This document shows positions 54,641 through 64,000 of a DNA stretch of 64,000 nt, piece after piece. Made by a program: the position numbers and the translations under genes. Below the pieces are notes generated by a model that did no database searches, had not been told where the DNA came from, and worked only from the letters and a program-made list of their open reading frames with translations. Source of the DNA: Glaucostegus cemiculus (taxonomy: Eukaryota); NCBI GenBank assembly GCA_976551045.1, contig CDPCPM010000012.1:2046001-2110000 (forward strand). The letters run 5' to 3'. The first letter of the stretch is position 1. Every line of letters begins with the position of its first letter.

Positions 54641-55307
54641 TTTAGATCTCTGGCATGCAGATTATTAGGCCCTAGGGATTTATGGGTTTTCAATGCCACT
54701 AATTTCTCCTGCATTATTTTTCCACTAATACTACTGAAGGAAAATGGTGGTCTAAATATCCATCACTTCTACCAATTGGTGAGACAGAAATTTGAAGGCA
54801 GAAATTTAAGATAGCTTTTAAAGAATTAATGGGAGGGGAGAGGATGAGGCTGGGACACTTCTCTACTACAAACTTATTGAAGAAGGGTATGTAACTTTCT
54901 CACAAATACATTGATTTATGTAAAATGCATTAAAGCCAAATAAAATTAGTCAGGTCATTCATAAGAACACTAGTGCCATATTGATTGAGCTGTATTGTAA
55001 TGGCTCAAATGATTCTTTTTAAAATGTGTTTATGCAAAAAATGCTTTTGTTAAAAATAACAACATGGCATTAATATTGTGAGCTTGTGAGAGGAGATTTC
55101 ATGCACAAGGGCATGTCTTAATCATAACCCTGTGAATAATATTTTCTTTCTGATCATCCATCTGCTGCATAGTCTGCAGATACTTATCCACCCAGTTCCT
55201 TCTCTTTGTGAAATAAGTATAACTGTCGATGCAAAAGAAAAATTACAGTGAATGAATAAAAATTTCTATGAAAAACATGAAAGTTAAATGATAACATTAA
55301 AATGTAC

Positions 55308-55472
55308 CTGTCCCCATGGACCAACTTGCCATGCTGCACACTCCTGTTGTTGACAAGCTTGCGCTGACTCTGGTTTTGTTGCAGAGTTACAAAACCTATT
55401 ATCCAGTTGTTCTTCTCCAACTTGGCACCAGGTTTGACGATGCTTGAATCCCTTCCCACATGTCACTAAGCA
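55308..55472 (-). CDS. ADAMTS9: ADAMTS9 exon, TSR5: [55 protein letters not shown]
   Basis: 165 bp, phase 0-0; ttgcAG acceptor, CAG|gtacat donor. Confidence 0.95.
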
Positions 55473-55865
55473 CTGCAATTGACACCAGTTTAAATAGCAT
55501 GTACTGTTTCCACTCAAATTTCTTTATATTGGAACAGGCAAGTAATAAGCATTATTTTTCTTGATTTTTCTTGAGTTGAACAATTTTCTATCGCAAGCAA
55601 TGTGTTGTGAATGATGCAAAATTCTAGGTATTCAGATGTTTATGAATTCTAGCAAGGCAAATATATCCATAATTTGTTAAAACTCTGCTGTTCTCCAATT
55701 GCAATGTTGCGTCAAATATACTAAATATTCAACTTGAGGCTACAAGTGATAACAAATAATTAGCACCCTTCTCTTTAGAACATTTGGGTAACTAATTGAT
55801 AGACCTGAAATATGCCAGGGTATTTTTGTCATTATGGCAAGACAATCATTTGTAATTCTTTGAAA

Positions 55866-55987
55866 TCTGGGAGGAAACCCACACAGACACAGGGAAAACG
55901 TACAAACTCCTTACAGACAGTGGCCGGAATTGAACCAAGGTTGCTAGCGCTGTAATAGCGTTATGCTAACTGCTACACTACCGTGCC
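55866..55987 (-). mobile_element. V-SINE 5' fragment
   Basis: Head and partial V-domain similar to the three young copies. Confidence 0.8.
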
Positions 55988-56446
55988 TTCTCTGATGCTT
56001 GAACTGTGGAGCTTATTGACTAATAACATTTTTATACTAATAATGTATCTTCAGCAATTGATCTACAACATCATCAAATAAATGCACTCTGTAACTTGTA
56101 TAAGTTTTAGATGCATGGAATGCATTGGTCAACATTCTATTGCCCCTCCTGTGACCTATCGCAGGTCATTATTGAACATTACAATACAAAAGGGAATAGT
56201 AATGCTCAGAGGTAATGGGTGTCTACCAGAGTCATGCAGTATGTCACATGTATGTATATTATAAGATGAGCCTCTGGTGGGAATTCATCTGGATCAAGCA
56301 GATCAATTGGGGCAGAATATTTTCCCCACAGGTGCAGCACACATCAAGTATGTTCTGTATCAGGTGCCCAGCAGGGGGCCCCAAAGGAAAATTTATCCTT
56401 CAAAATGCTCTCTGTAACTTCTGCTATTTTATATATAGATATATAT

Positions 56447-56448
<2 letters not shown>

Positions 56449-56484
<36 letters not shown>
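56449..56484. repeat. (GT)n microsatellite
   Basis: Direct reading. Confidence 0.97.
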
Positions 56485-56489
<5 letters not shown>

Positions 56490-56601
56490 TTGAAATCAAG
56501 CTGCAGTAAGGTTGGAGGAAAAAGTTTTTTTTAAAAAAGAACAGAACTATCTTTTATTTTCCCAATAAAATATCAAGAAGCAAGAAGAAAACACAACTAA
56601 C

Positions 56602-56766
56602 CTCTGACCATTCTCCTGTTTTCCACACTGGGCATGTATATTCATTGCATCGCTGGATTATCATTTTCTCTTGTTGACTGCATTTGTTGTCTCCAAGAAC
56701 AGTCCCCATAGCATTGACACAAACTGCACTTCGCCTTCTTGTACCTCCACCGCAGCTCTTGGAACA
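56602..56766 (-). CDS. ADAMTS9: ADAMTS9 exon, TSR4: [55 protein letters not shown]
   Basis: 165 bp, phase 0-0; acceptor tataaAG, donor GAG|gttagt. Confidence 0.95.
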
Positions 56767-57174
56767 CTTTATACAGATAAACAAGTAGTAAATTAATTTA
56801 ATTCTCCAATTGTTAATGTTGTATGATATTATTAATATTTTTTTAAAAATTGAAGGGAAAACTATTCCCACTAAAAATACTATTGGGTTGTGTTTAGCAG
56901 AGAAATAATGAGTTTCCAAGCAACTATCAGTAATTTGGTCCTGATGCAGCAATCAGTTCTTCACCACTGTTCTTCCTATTGGGTTGAAGGGCCTGTTCTT
57001 TATGTGTTCTGTTCTGTGTTTTATGTTCCAAAAGAACTCTGACACAGAATTCCAAGTGGAGACAGGTAGGGAAACTTCAAGTTACTTTTACTCACCACTA
57101 ATAATAGTGGCATTAGTTAATACAGACTTTTTTTAACTCAGCATTTTAAAATACTTTACAATTTTAATGTTAAG

Positions 57175-58190
57175 CTTTGAGTTGCCCATACTTGGCCCAT
57201 ATCCCTCTAAACCTTTCCTATCCATGTAGTTGTCCAAGTGTTGTTAATATATCTGCCTTAACCAGTCCCTTTGGCAGCTCATTCCATATACTAATCATCC
57301 TCTGGGTGAAAAAGTTGCCCCTCAGGTTCCTATTAAATCTCTCCCATCACCTTAAATTTATGGCCTCTAGTTCTTCACTCCCCAACCTTGGGAAAAAGAC
57401 TGTATGCACTGCACCTATCTATGTCCCTCCTGGTTTCATAATCCTCTATAAGATCACATCTCATTCTCCTACCTTCCAATAAATAATGTCCCAGCCTGTC
57501 TGACCGCTTTCCATAACTCAGTCACTCGAGTCCTCGACAACAACTTCATATATCTCCTCTGTACTCGTTCCAGATTAATGGCATTTTTCCAATAGTGGGG
57601 TGACCATAAATAAACACAAGATTCTAAATGGTGCCTCACCAACATCTTGTACAACTGCAATATAACATCCCAATTTCTATACCCAATGACCTGACTGATG
57701 AAGGCCAGCGTGCCAAAAGCCTTCTTCACCACCCTGTCTACCTGTGATGCCACTTTCAGGGAACGATGTACTTGCACTCCTAGGTCCCTCCGTTCTGCAA
57801 CACCCCCTAGGGCCCTACTGTTCACTGTGAATGTCCTACCCTCACTTGTTTTCCGAAAATGTTATCTGAATTAAACTCCATTTGCCATTCCTTTGCCCAC
57901 TTACCCAGCTGATAAAGATTACTCTGTAAATCCTCATAATCATCTTCACAGTCAACTACACCACCTATTTTAATATCATCTGCAAACTTATGAACTATGC
58001 CTTGTACATTCTCATTCAAATCATTGATCAAGATGACAAATAGTAATGGGCCTAGCACCGACCTCTGGGAAACACCATTAGCCATGGACCTCCAGTGCGA
58101 AAAACAACCTTCCACCATCACCCTCTGCGTTCTACCAACAAGCCAATTCTGTATCCAATCACCTAGCTCTCCATGGATCCATATGCAAAG
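57175..58190 (-). mobile_element. CR1 LINE RT and 3' fragment
   Basis: ORFs with SQRSVLGPLLFVILINDL, KFADDIKIGG, RDLGVQVHRSLKVASQVDRVVKKAFG, LERVQRR. Confidence 0.95.
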
Positions 58191-58614
58191 TGTGTGCAAG
58201 GAAGATGAAGAAAAAGAAAAAATGCTAAATTCTGAAATGTATGATATTTTGTACAGAATAATTACAGTGATTAAAAAGTCAACAATCTCTTTTCCATAAT
58301 TGAATGTTGCTATTCACCTGCATCTAAAGAAAAGTAAACTTGTACTTGCAACATACAGTCAAATAAGGACATTTTTCCCTTTCAGTCTATGTTTCTTTTA
58401 TTCAATTTAGATTGTTGCAAGAAATATTTGATTTAATAATCTCAAGTCATGTAGGAACTGTCAGCTTTTGGTAATTTCTTCTCAGGGTAAAAATTTTTGG
58501 AATTTGTATTCCTTCTATATGATGTTATGTATTTATATCAGAAAATTGTGTACTTGATGATGATTGCAAATGCATAATTTTCCTCTGAGGAAATTTTTGG
58601 CACAGTACTTTAAA

Positions 58615-59870
58615 CCTAAAATGAAAACATAAAATGCCAGAAATATTAAGTAGGTGAGCAGCATCTAGACTGAAAGAAACAGAGTCTTTCATCAGAATTA
58701 CGAACCATTATAAATCAACAATACAAGGAGAGGTGGAGAGAACAAAGGGAGTACCTGTGATGAGGTAAAGACCGAGAGGGATTGAAAGACACTGAGGGTG
58801 CTAGTATTGGACAAGAGAAGGTGGTAAAGGCTTGTGAATTGCAGCTAATTTCTCCGGAGGAGATGCAAATAGTAGGTAAGATATGAATGAGTACAGGGGA
58901 GAGAGAGAAACAAAGCAAGCCATACTGGAACTGTGAATTACACAACAGTGCGGTTGCTGGAAATCTGAAACAAAAGTGCTGGAAATACCCAGAAGGGCAG
59001 ACAGCACCTATGGTGAGAGAAGCATTTTGTGTACTGCATTCACTGATCACAATAAGGTCTCCTCTATATCGGTGAAACTCAACACAATTTGTATGACTGC
59101 TTTGCTGAGTACGTCCATTCAATTTGCAAGTGTGACCATAAAGTTCCAGTTTCTTGTCACTTTAATTCTCTGTACCACTCACATATCCAACCTTTCTCTC
59201 TTTAGCCACTGACACCATTCAAACTAAGCCCAACATGATCTTGAAGAACAACAACCCATCTTCCTAAGTGGCATGTTGCAACCCTCAGAGCTCAATATTG
59301 AATTCAACAACTGTAGGTAACTAGTCTTTCTAGTTTTTGTCAGAACTAGCCAGTGATGAACTTGAAATGTTAACTTTGTGTTTCTCTTTCTATTGATGCT
59401 GTCGGACCTTCTGTTTTCCAGTACTAGCTTGCACTTTGGGTTTCCAATCACTACAATGCTTTGTATCTCACAGTGCTTGAATTGTTTGCTTTTTTTCCCT
59501 CTCTCTCTCTCTGTCTTTCAGTTCAATCCCCTCCAGACAGATCAGCCCCAACAATCCTTCACCAGTCTCTCTCAGACAGCACCTCCACTTCTGGAGTTAT
59601 TCAATTTCTCTTGATCTCCACCCGATAACACAACATTCTCCTTTGCTCTCTCTTCTCCGCACTCCACTCCCTTCTCTGCCACCAAAACGTGTTTGATTTC
59701 AAACTTTTCCTTATTCTGATGAAAGGTCGTCAACCTGAAATGTTAACTCTACTTCTTGCTACACAGAGGCTGACCGATCTGCTGTTTCTTTCCAGGATTT
59801 CCGGTTTTTATTTCAGATTTCTAGCATCTGCAGATTTTTTTTTGCTTTTCGATTATTGCTTTCGTATGAA
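58615..59870 (+). mobile_element. Penelope-like element remnant: GIY-YIG endonuclease pseudo-ORF (59026-59320) with direct and inverted terminal repeats
   Basis: FVYCIH*SQ*GLLYIGETQHNLYDCFAEY...PVSCHFNS...DLEEQQPIF...LQPSELNIEFNNCR*; terminal repeats near 58615, 58945 (inverted), 59340 and 59710. Confidence 0.85.
59712..59748 (+). ncRNA. Minimal type I hammerhead ribozyme motif in Penelope-like terminal repeat
   Basis: CTGATGA 59716-59722, extra A, stem II AGGT/ACCT (59724-59727 with 59733-59736), GAAA 59737-59740, TGTT then AACT (stem I 3' strand). Confidence 0.65.
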
Positions 59871-59994
59871 CTATCCCATCTTAATCAGGTATTAAGAGAC
59901 ACCACTTCAAAATTTAAATAAGAAAGCTAATGATGGTATCTACAATGCAGCTGTCCGAAGAGGGCTAGCACAGTACACCTGCATAAACCTACTG

Positions 59995-60047
59995 TAGTTA
60001 TCGTAGCACACATTAAAATTAGTTATCGTAGCACACATTAAAATTAG
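59995..60047. repeat. 25-bp tandem duplication
   Basis: TAGTTATCGTAGCACACATTAAAAT x2 plus TAG. Confidence 0.95.
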
Positions 60048-60339
60048 ATCAACTTCCACAAATGCATTTTACTTAAGTGACATCATCTTCATGTAAGAAT
60101 ATTTAACAAAATTTTCTTTGGGGAAGTGGAAGTTTTATCATATATCAGATATGACAGCATCACTCTTGTAAATCATAGATATATTTTGATTTTGTGTTTG
60201 TAAATAAACAAATGTACACACTTTTATAAAAGCATAGTGCTCCTATATGTCATTGATTCTTATCTCATAATTACTGCATATGTGAGTTTGGAGATATTGT
60301 TGTTATTCTCCAAAAAGAGCATTTTGGGAAATGACTGAC

Positions 60340-60550
60340 CTCAGACCATGATGAATACTGCCACCCTCCTGCATTGCAGTCTCCACGGCAGGCTTCCTTA
60401 TTATCTGGTTTTGCTTGATAGCTGCAGTATCTCTCGTCTATTTTTTCTGTCTTCCCATCTGATCTACTATATTTTGCACAGTAGAAATCCAAATTCCGAT
60501 AGCCAGGACCACACTGGGCTGTACATTCACTTTTTCTAGCAATATGCCAT
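60340..60550 (-). CDS. ADAMTS9: ADAMTS9 exon, TSR3: [70 protein letters not shown]
   Basis: 211 bp; phase 2 to 0; donor GAG|gtcagt; YCAKYSR.DGKTEK is diagnostic for ADAMTS9. Confidence 0.96.
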
Positions 60551-60721
60551 CTGTTCCAGAGTAAGCAGCATATGTTATTAATTAACCTAGAGCTTCACCA
60601 TTAGTTAACTTATTACTGGAAGGGCAAAATAATGTGCTGGGTATTCTTTACAGAGTATCTTGTTTATTATCTTTGTACATTTGCAACTGATAGAAACAAT
60701 TGCTTAGAATATCTATTTGCT

Positions 60722-61230
60722 GTTGTGCAGTTCTGATCACCATACTATATGAAGGATGTGATTAAGTTAGAGCGGGTGCAGAAAAGATTCACAAGGGTAT
60801 TGCTGGGATTTGGAAGGCTTGAGTTATAAGGACTGGATAGGGTGGAACTGTTTTCCCTGTTGCAGAGGAGGCTGAGTTATAGAGGTTTATAAAATTAGGA
60901 GGGGCATAAATAAGGTGGATGGTCACAGTATTTTCCCCAAGGGTAGGGAACTCTAAAAGCAAAGGGCATACATAAGCTTAAGATAAAAGGGGAAAGATTA
61001 AGTGGGACCTGAGGGGCAACTTTTCACACAGAGGGTGGTGGGCATTTGGAATTAGCTGCCAGAGGAATTGGTAGAGGCAAGTATAACGTTTAAAAGACAT
61101 TTGGACAACTATATGAATACCAAAGGGCCAAAAGCTGGAAAATGGGACTAGTTCAGGTAGGCACCTTAGTCGACATAGATGAATTGGGTCGATGATCCTG
61201 TTTCCATGTTATATGAGTCCATGACTCTAA
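60722..61230 (+). mobile_element. CR1 LINE 3' fragment
   Basis: CVQF*SPYYMKDVIKLERVQKRFTR; 3' tail GGGTCGATGATCCTGTTTCCATG. Confidence 0.88.
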
Positions 61231-62068
61231 ACAGAGTGCAGAAAATGGAAGTGATTTTCAGAAGCAGTGGACAGACTGCTGAGAGGCAGTTCGCCTTTAA
61301 GTCATAAAGGTCGTGGGTTGAAGTATCACTCTTGGACACAAAGCCTCGGATGACACTTCATTACTGTGTTGAGGAGCCACCTTTCTGGTAAACTCTTTAG
61401 ACTAAGACCGATCTGGCCTCTCTGGTGGCCTGGACATCATTATTTTCTCAACCAACATCACTAAGTAGACTATATGGTCCTTGCTCTATTGTGGATTTGC
61501 TCATTGCAAATTGGCTGTTACATTTCCTAAATTACAACAATGCTGCTAATGCAGAAGTATTTCACTGGCTGTAAACCATTTTGAACCATCCTGAGATCAT
61601 GAAAGATGCTACATAATGCAAATCTTTTTTCCTAAAAGATCTTACTGTGCCATTCTGGCACTAGAAAATTACAGTACGGTCCCATGGACAGTGTAAAACC
61701 CTGATTTAACTACTTCAATGAGGCCTTCATTTGCATTGCGCAGGATTGCTGACCAAATATTTTAAGGACCCTTGTGAAAAATGAGTTAGACATGCCTCAG
61801 GGATTCGGTGCCAAGTATATGCAGTTTGTAATGAATGGAAGTTACAACCCACAGGACAATTGCACTATATGATGGCACAGAATGGGCATGCGTGCCATCA
61901 GAGTTCAGCTGGAACCTCACCCAATTTCCTTCCATCATTTCATCAAGAGGCAGTAAGGAGAGGAGGAACAAGAACAGGTTTTTTGAGGAACATTAGAGAC
62001 AGTGTTGTGAGTGTGAATATAGATGACATTGCTGTCAATGCCCAGGCAACTATCATAAAGATATGTGT

Positions 62069-62329
62069 GGGGCGGCACAATAGCGTAGCGGTTAGCGCGA
62101 CGCTGTTACAGCGCCAGCGATCGGGGTTCGATTCCCGCCGCTGACTATAAGGAGTTTGTACGTTCTCCCGTGTCTGCGTGGGTTTCCTCTGGGTGCTCCG
62201 GTTTCCTCCCACATTCTAAAAACGTATGGGTAGGTTAATTTGGGGGTTTAAAATGAGCAGCGCAGACTCGTTGGGCCGAAAGGGCCTGTTACCACGCTGT
62301 AAAATAAAATTTAAAAAAATTTTTAAAAA
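62069..62329 (+). mobile_element. Young full-length V-SINE (HE1-like)
   Basis: GGGGCGGCACAATAGCGTAGCGGTTAGC head, B-box 62125-62135, V-domain, A-rich tail. Confidence 0.9.
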
Positions 62330-62510
62330 CCTATCAGACCACGTAGGCAGTAGCAATAAGATCCTATCATATGATTGGTATCTGTGCTATTTCTATTTCG
62401 ACTGGTGGCACAAGTCTGGCTTATGTGCACACAATAGTCAAATTATAAATGTTGTAAGTTAAGCAGTATTGTTTTAATAGGAAATATTATACAATTTGAA
62501 TATTTTGTAC

Positions 62511-62637
62511 CTTATTTCACATTCTGTATTGCATGATTCAGTAATTGGAGCTGGACGTGGTATTTGATCGCACCTTTGATCAGAGACAACCAACCGATCA
62601 CTTTCCCTAGTACAAATAGGTCTTCTTTTCCTTTCAC
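62511..62637 (-). CDS. ADAMTS9: ADAMTS9 exon, TSR2: (G)[41 protein letters not shown](R)
   Basis: 127 bp; AG/GT boundaries; phase 1 to 2; CTRESD.L.VSDQRCD is ADAMTS9-like, not ADAMTS20-like. Confidence 0.95.
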
Positions 62638-62808
62638 CTGTTTAAATACATGATGACATTAAAGAACTATAACAAACAGCTATGACAGCAGAGTAGAAAA
62701 ATTTTATCAGCGCAATTTCAAATTAGTAATCAGCAAAAGAAATTATTAATGGATATTAATGCTGGTTTGCTTTTTAGCTATTTAGGAGGGAATTATGGAC
62801 CTTCTTAC

Positions 62809-62938
62809 CTTGGCAAAGCCTGTTGCAATCCTGCCAAGGACCAAACTGATCCCAAAAGAAACGTTGTGCCTTATCTTCAATCGGAATGTTGAATGAATAT
62901 CGCACATCAGGATTGTATAGATTCCCCACAGACAAAAC
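62809..62938 (-). CDS. ADAMTS9: ADAMTS9 exon, end of spacer/start TSR2: [43 protein letters not shown](G)
   Basis: 130 bp; AAG acceptor after a 106-bp intron; donor AAG|gtaaga; phase 0 to 1; [17 protein letters not shown] matches recalled ADAMTS9. Confidence 0.95.
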
Positions 62939-63044
62939 CTTGCATGAAAAGTGCAACATTAAAAAACTAATCAACTTGTGTGGAAGGAAATCTACAACAT
63001 AAAACAATATTGTGCAGAGAATTGAACCATGCATGTTAATTTAC

Positions 63045-63211
63045 CTGAACTATTAGCTCTTCTTCAATCCGATCTGTACAGTTGATTCTTTCCACTCCAT
63101 TATCTGACCCACTATACTCAATTACAGCTCCTCTAACTTTAATTTCCCTTTTAAACATGCTGACCACAAAATCTCCATTTAAAAGGAATTCTCCACGACT
63201 GTTAGCCAAAG
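63045..63211 (-). CDS. ADAMTS9: ADAMTS9 exon, spacer domain: (A)[55 protein letters not shown]
   Basis: 167 bp; acceptor ttttctcAG, donor CAG|gtaaat; phase 1 to 0; matches recalled ADAMTS9 spacer (GEFLLNG..VV.M.KREI...IEYSGS...VERIN.TDRIE.EL..Q). Confidence 0.95.
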
Positions 63212-64000
63212 CTGAGAAAAGAAAATTTAAATTTAATTACAAAATGCAAACATGATATAAATTCCATAATTATTTCCAGGATGTATTATGTAAATGTGTT
63301 CAGAGTATTATGCTAATAGATTTCAGCTTTGAGAATGGTATGATTTTGTTGGATACAATTAAATAATATCTTCTCCACCTTTCCTCAGTTATATACTTTG
63401 CCTTATTAAAAATAGGAGACAAAGAGTTAAGAATTCCTGTGGGATCTGAAAGCTTTTTGCCTGAATGCCTTGAAAGCATAGTGGCCTGTGAACCAGTAAT
63501 TCATTGCACAACTTCACACTTATGTGATTATTTACCCTATTTCCTGAATTTGTTTCCTTGCCATTTCATTACCATGTAATTCCATTTCTTTCATCCAAAC
63601 CTAACCCAAAGTGGAACAACAGCCATTTTAAAAAGCGTAGGATGATGTATAAAATAGATTTAATATATGCTCTAATTGTGAAAATTGTAACCCAAAAGCA
63701 AGAAGCTACTTCCTCTGAATACAACATTTTAACTGTGCTCAAAGCTAAATGACTACATCAGTAAGCAATCACTCAGATGCAGTCAAGTGTTTTAGGCATT
63801 TTAACTGAAGCACAATTGTTTAACTCTATATTACCAATCGAGACAATGCACTCTGTAGGGTAGAAAGCAGAGGTTCACTCCAGGAATACATGATCTGTAA
63901 CATTCCTTTGAAACCATTGAATAGCTATTACTCTGCTCACCATAACAAATATTTACTTGTTATAACAAGGAGCATAAAATTAATATACCCCGTTTACTCA

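Noticed and set aside
62069-62140. tRNA gene
   Set aside because: A/B boxes belong to a SINE head followed by a V-domain and LINE-derived tail.
61943-62212. Recurrent ORF GGNRST.RKPTQTRENVQTPYSQR (also 49754-49984)
   Set aside because: Antisense translation of the V-SINE, not a gene family.
44936-63211. Assignment to ADAMTS20
   Set aside because: Diagnostic motifs ([42 protein letters not shown]) match recalled ADAMTS9, not ADAMTS20.
63995-64000. Donor site of the preceding ADAMTS9 exon at the window edge (plus TACTCA, would be gtgagta if the next base is C)
   Set aside because: Plausible but truncated by the window end; cannot be confirmed.
1-64000. CRISPR array or prokaryotic defence system
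   Set aside because: Vertebrate intronic DNA; no regularly interspaced repeats or operon-like ORFs.

Overview
Eukaryotic, AT-rich vertebrate DNA. The repeat set (HE1/V-SINEs, DeuSINE-like, CR1, L2, Rex1, Penelope-like, Harbinger) points to a cartilaginous fish (shark or ray). The only host gene is ADAMTS9 on the minus strand: 12 consecutive in-frame GT-AG exons (63211 to 44936) encoding the end of the spacer and TSR2-TSR10, ending at the first residues of TSR11. I found no further canonical exon in 1-44935, so that stretch is either a >44 kb intron or lies beyond an alternative 3' end. Most supplied ORFs are noise or transposon debris. Main leads: (1) the last exon has a weak donor that reads through into V-R-stop, followed by about 2.6 kb of repeat-free 3'UTR-like sequence (miR-29/miR-30 seed matches, three Pumilio elements, AATAAA), suggesting a GON-less short ADAMTS9 made by intronic polyadenylation; (2) a phase-compatible cryptic exon at 38613-38729; (3) minimal hammerhead-ribozyme motifs in Penelope-like termini and derived fold-back elements; (4) perfect local hairpins, one with a template-switch signature; (5) a solo LTR with TSD, a two-gene Harbinger fossil and a candidate FOX:ETS enhancer. 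Repeat boundaries are approximate and family names come from recall, not database searches.
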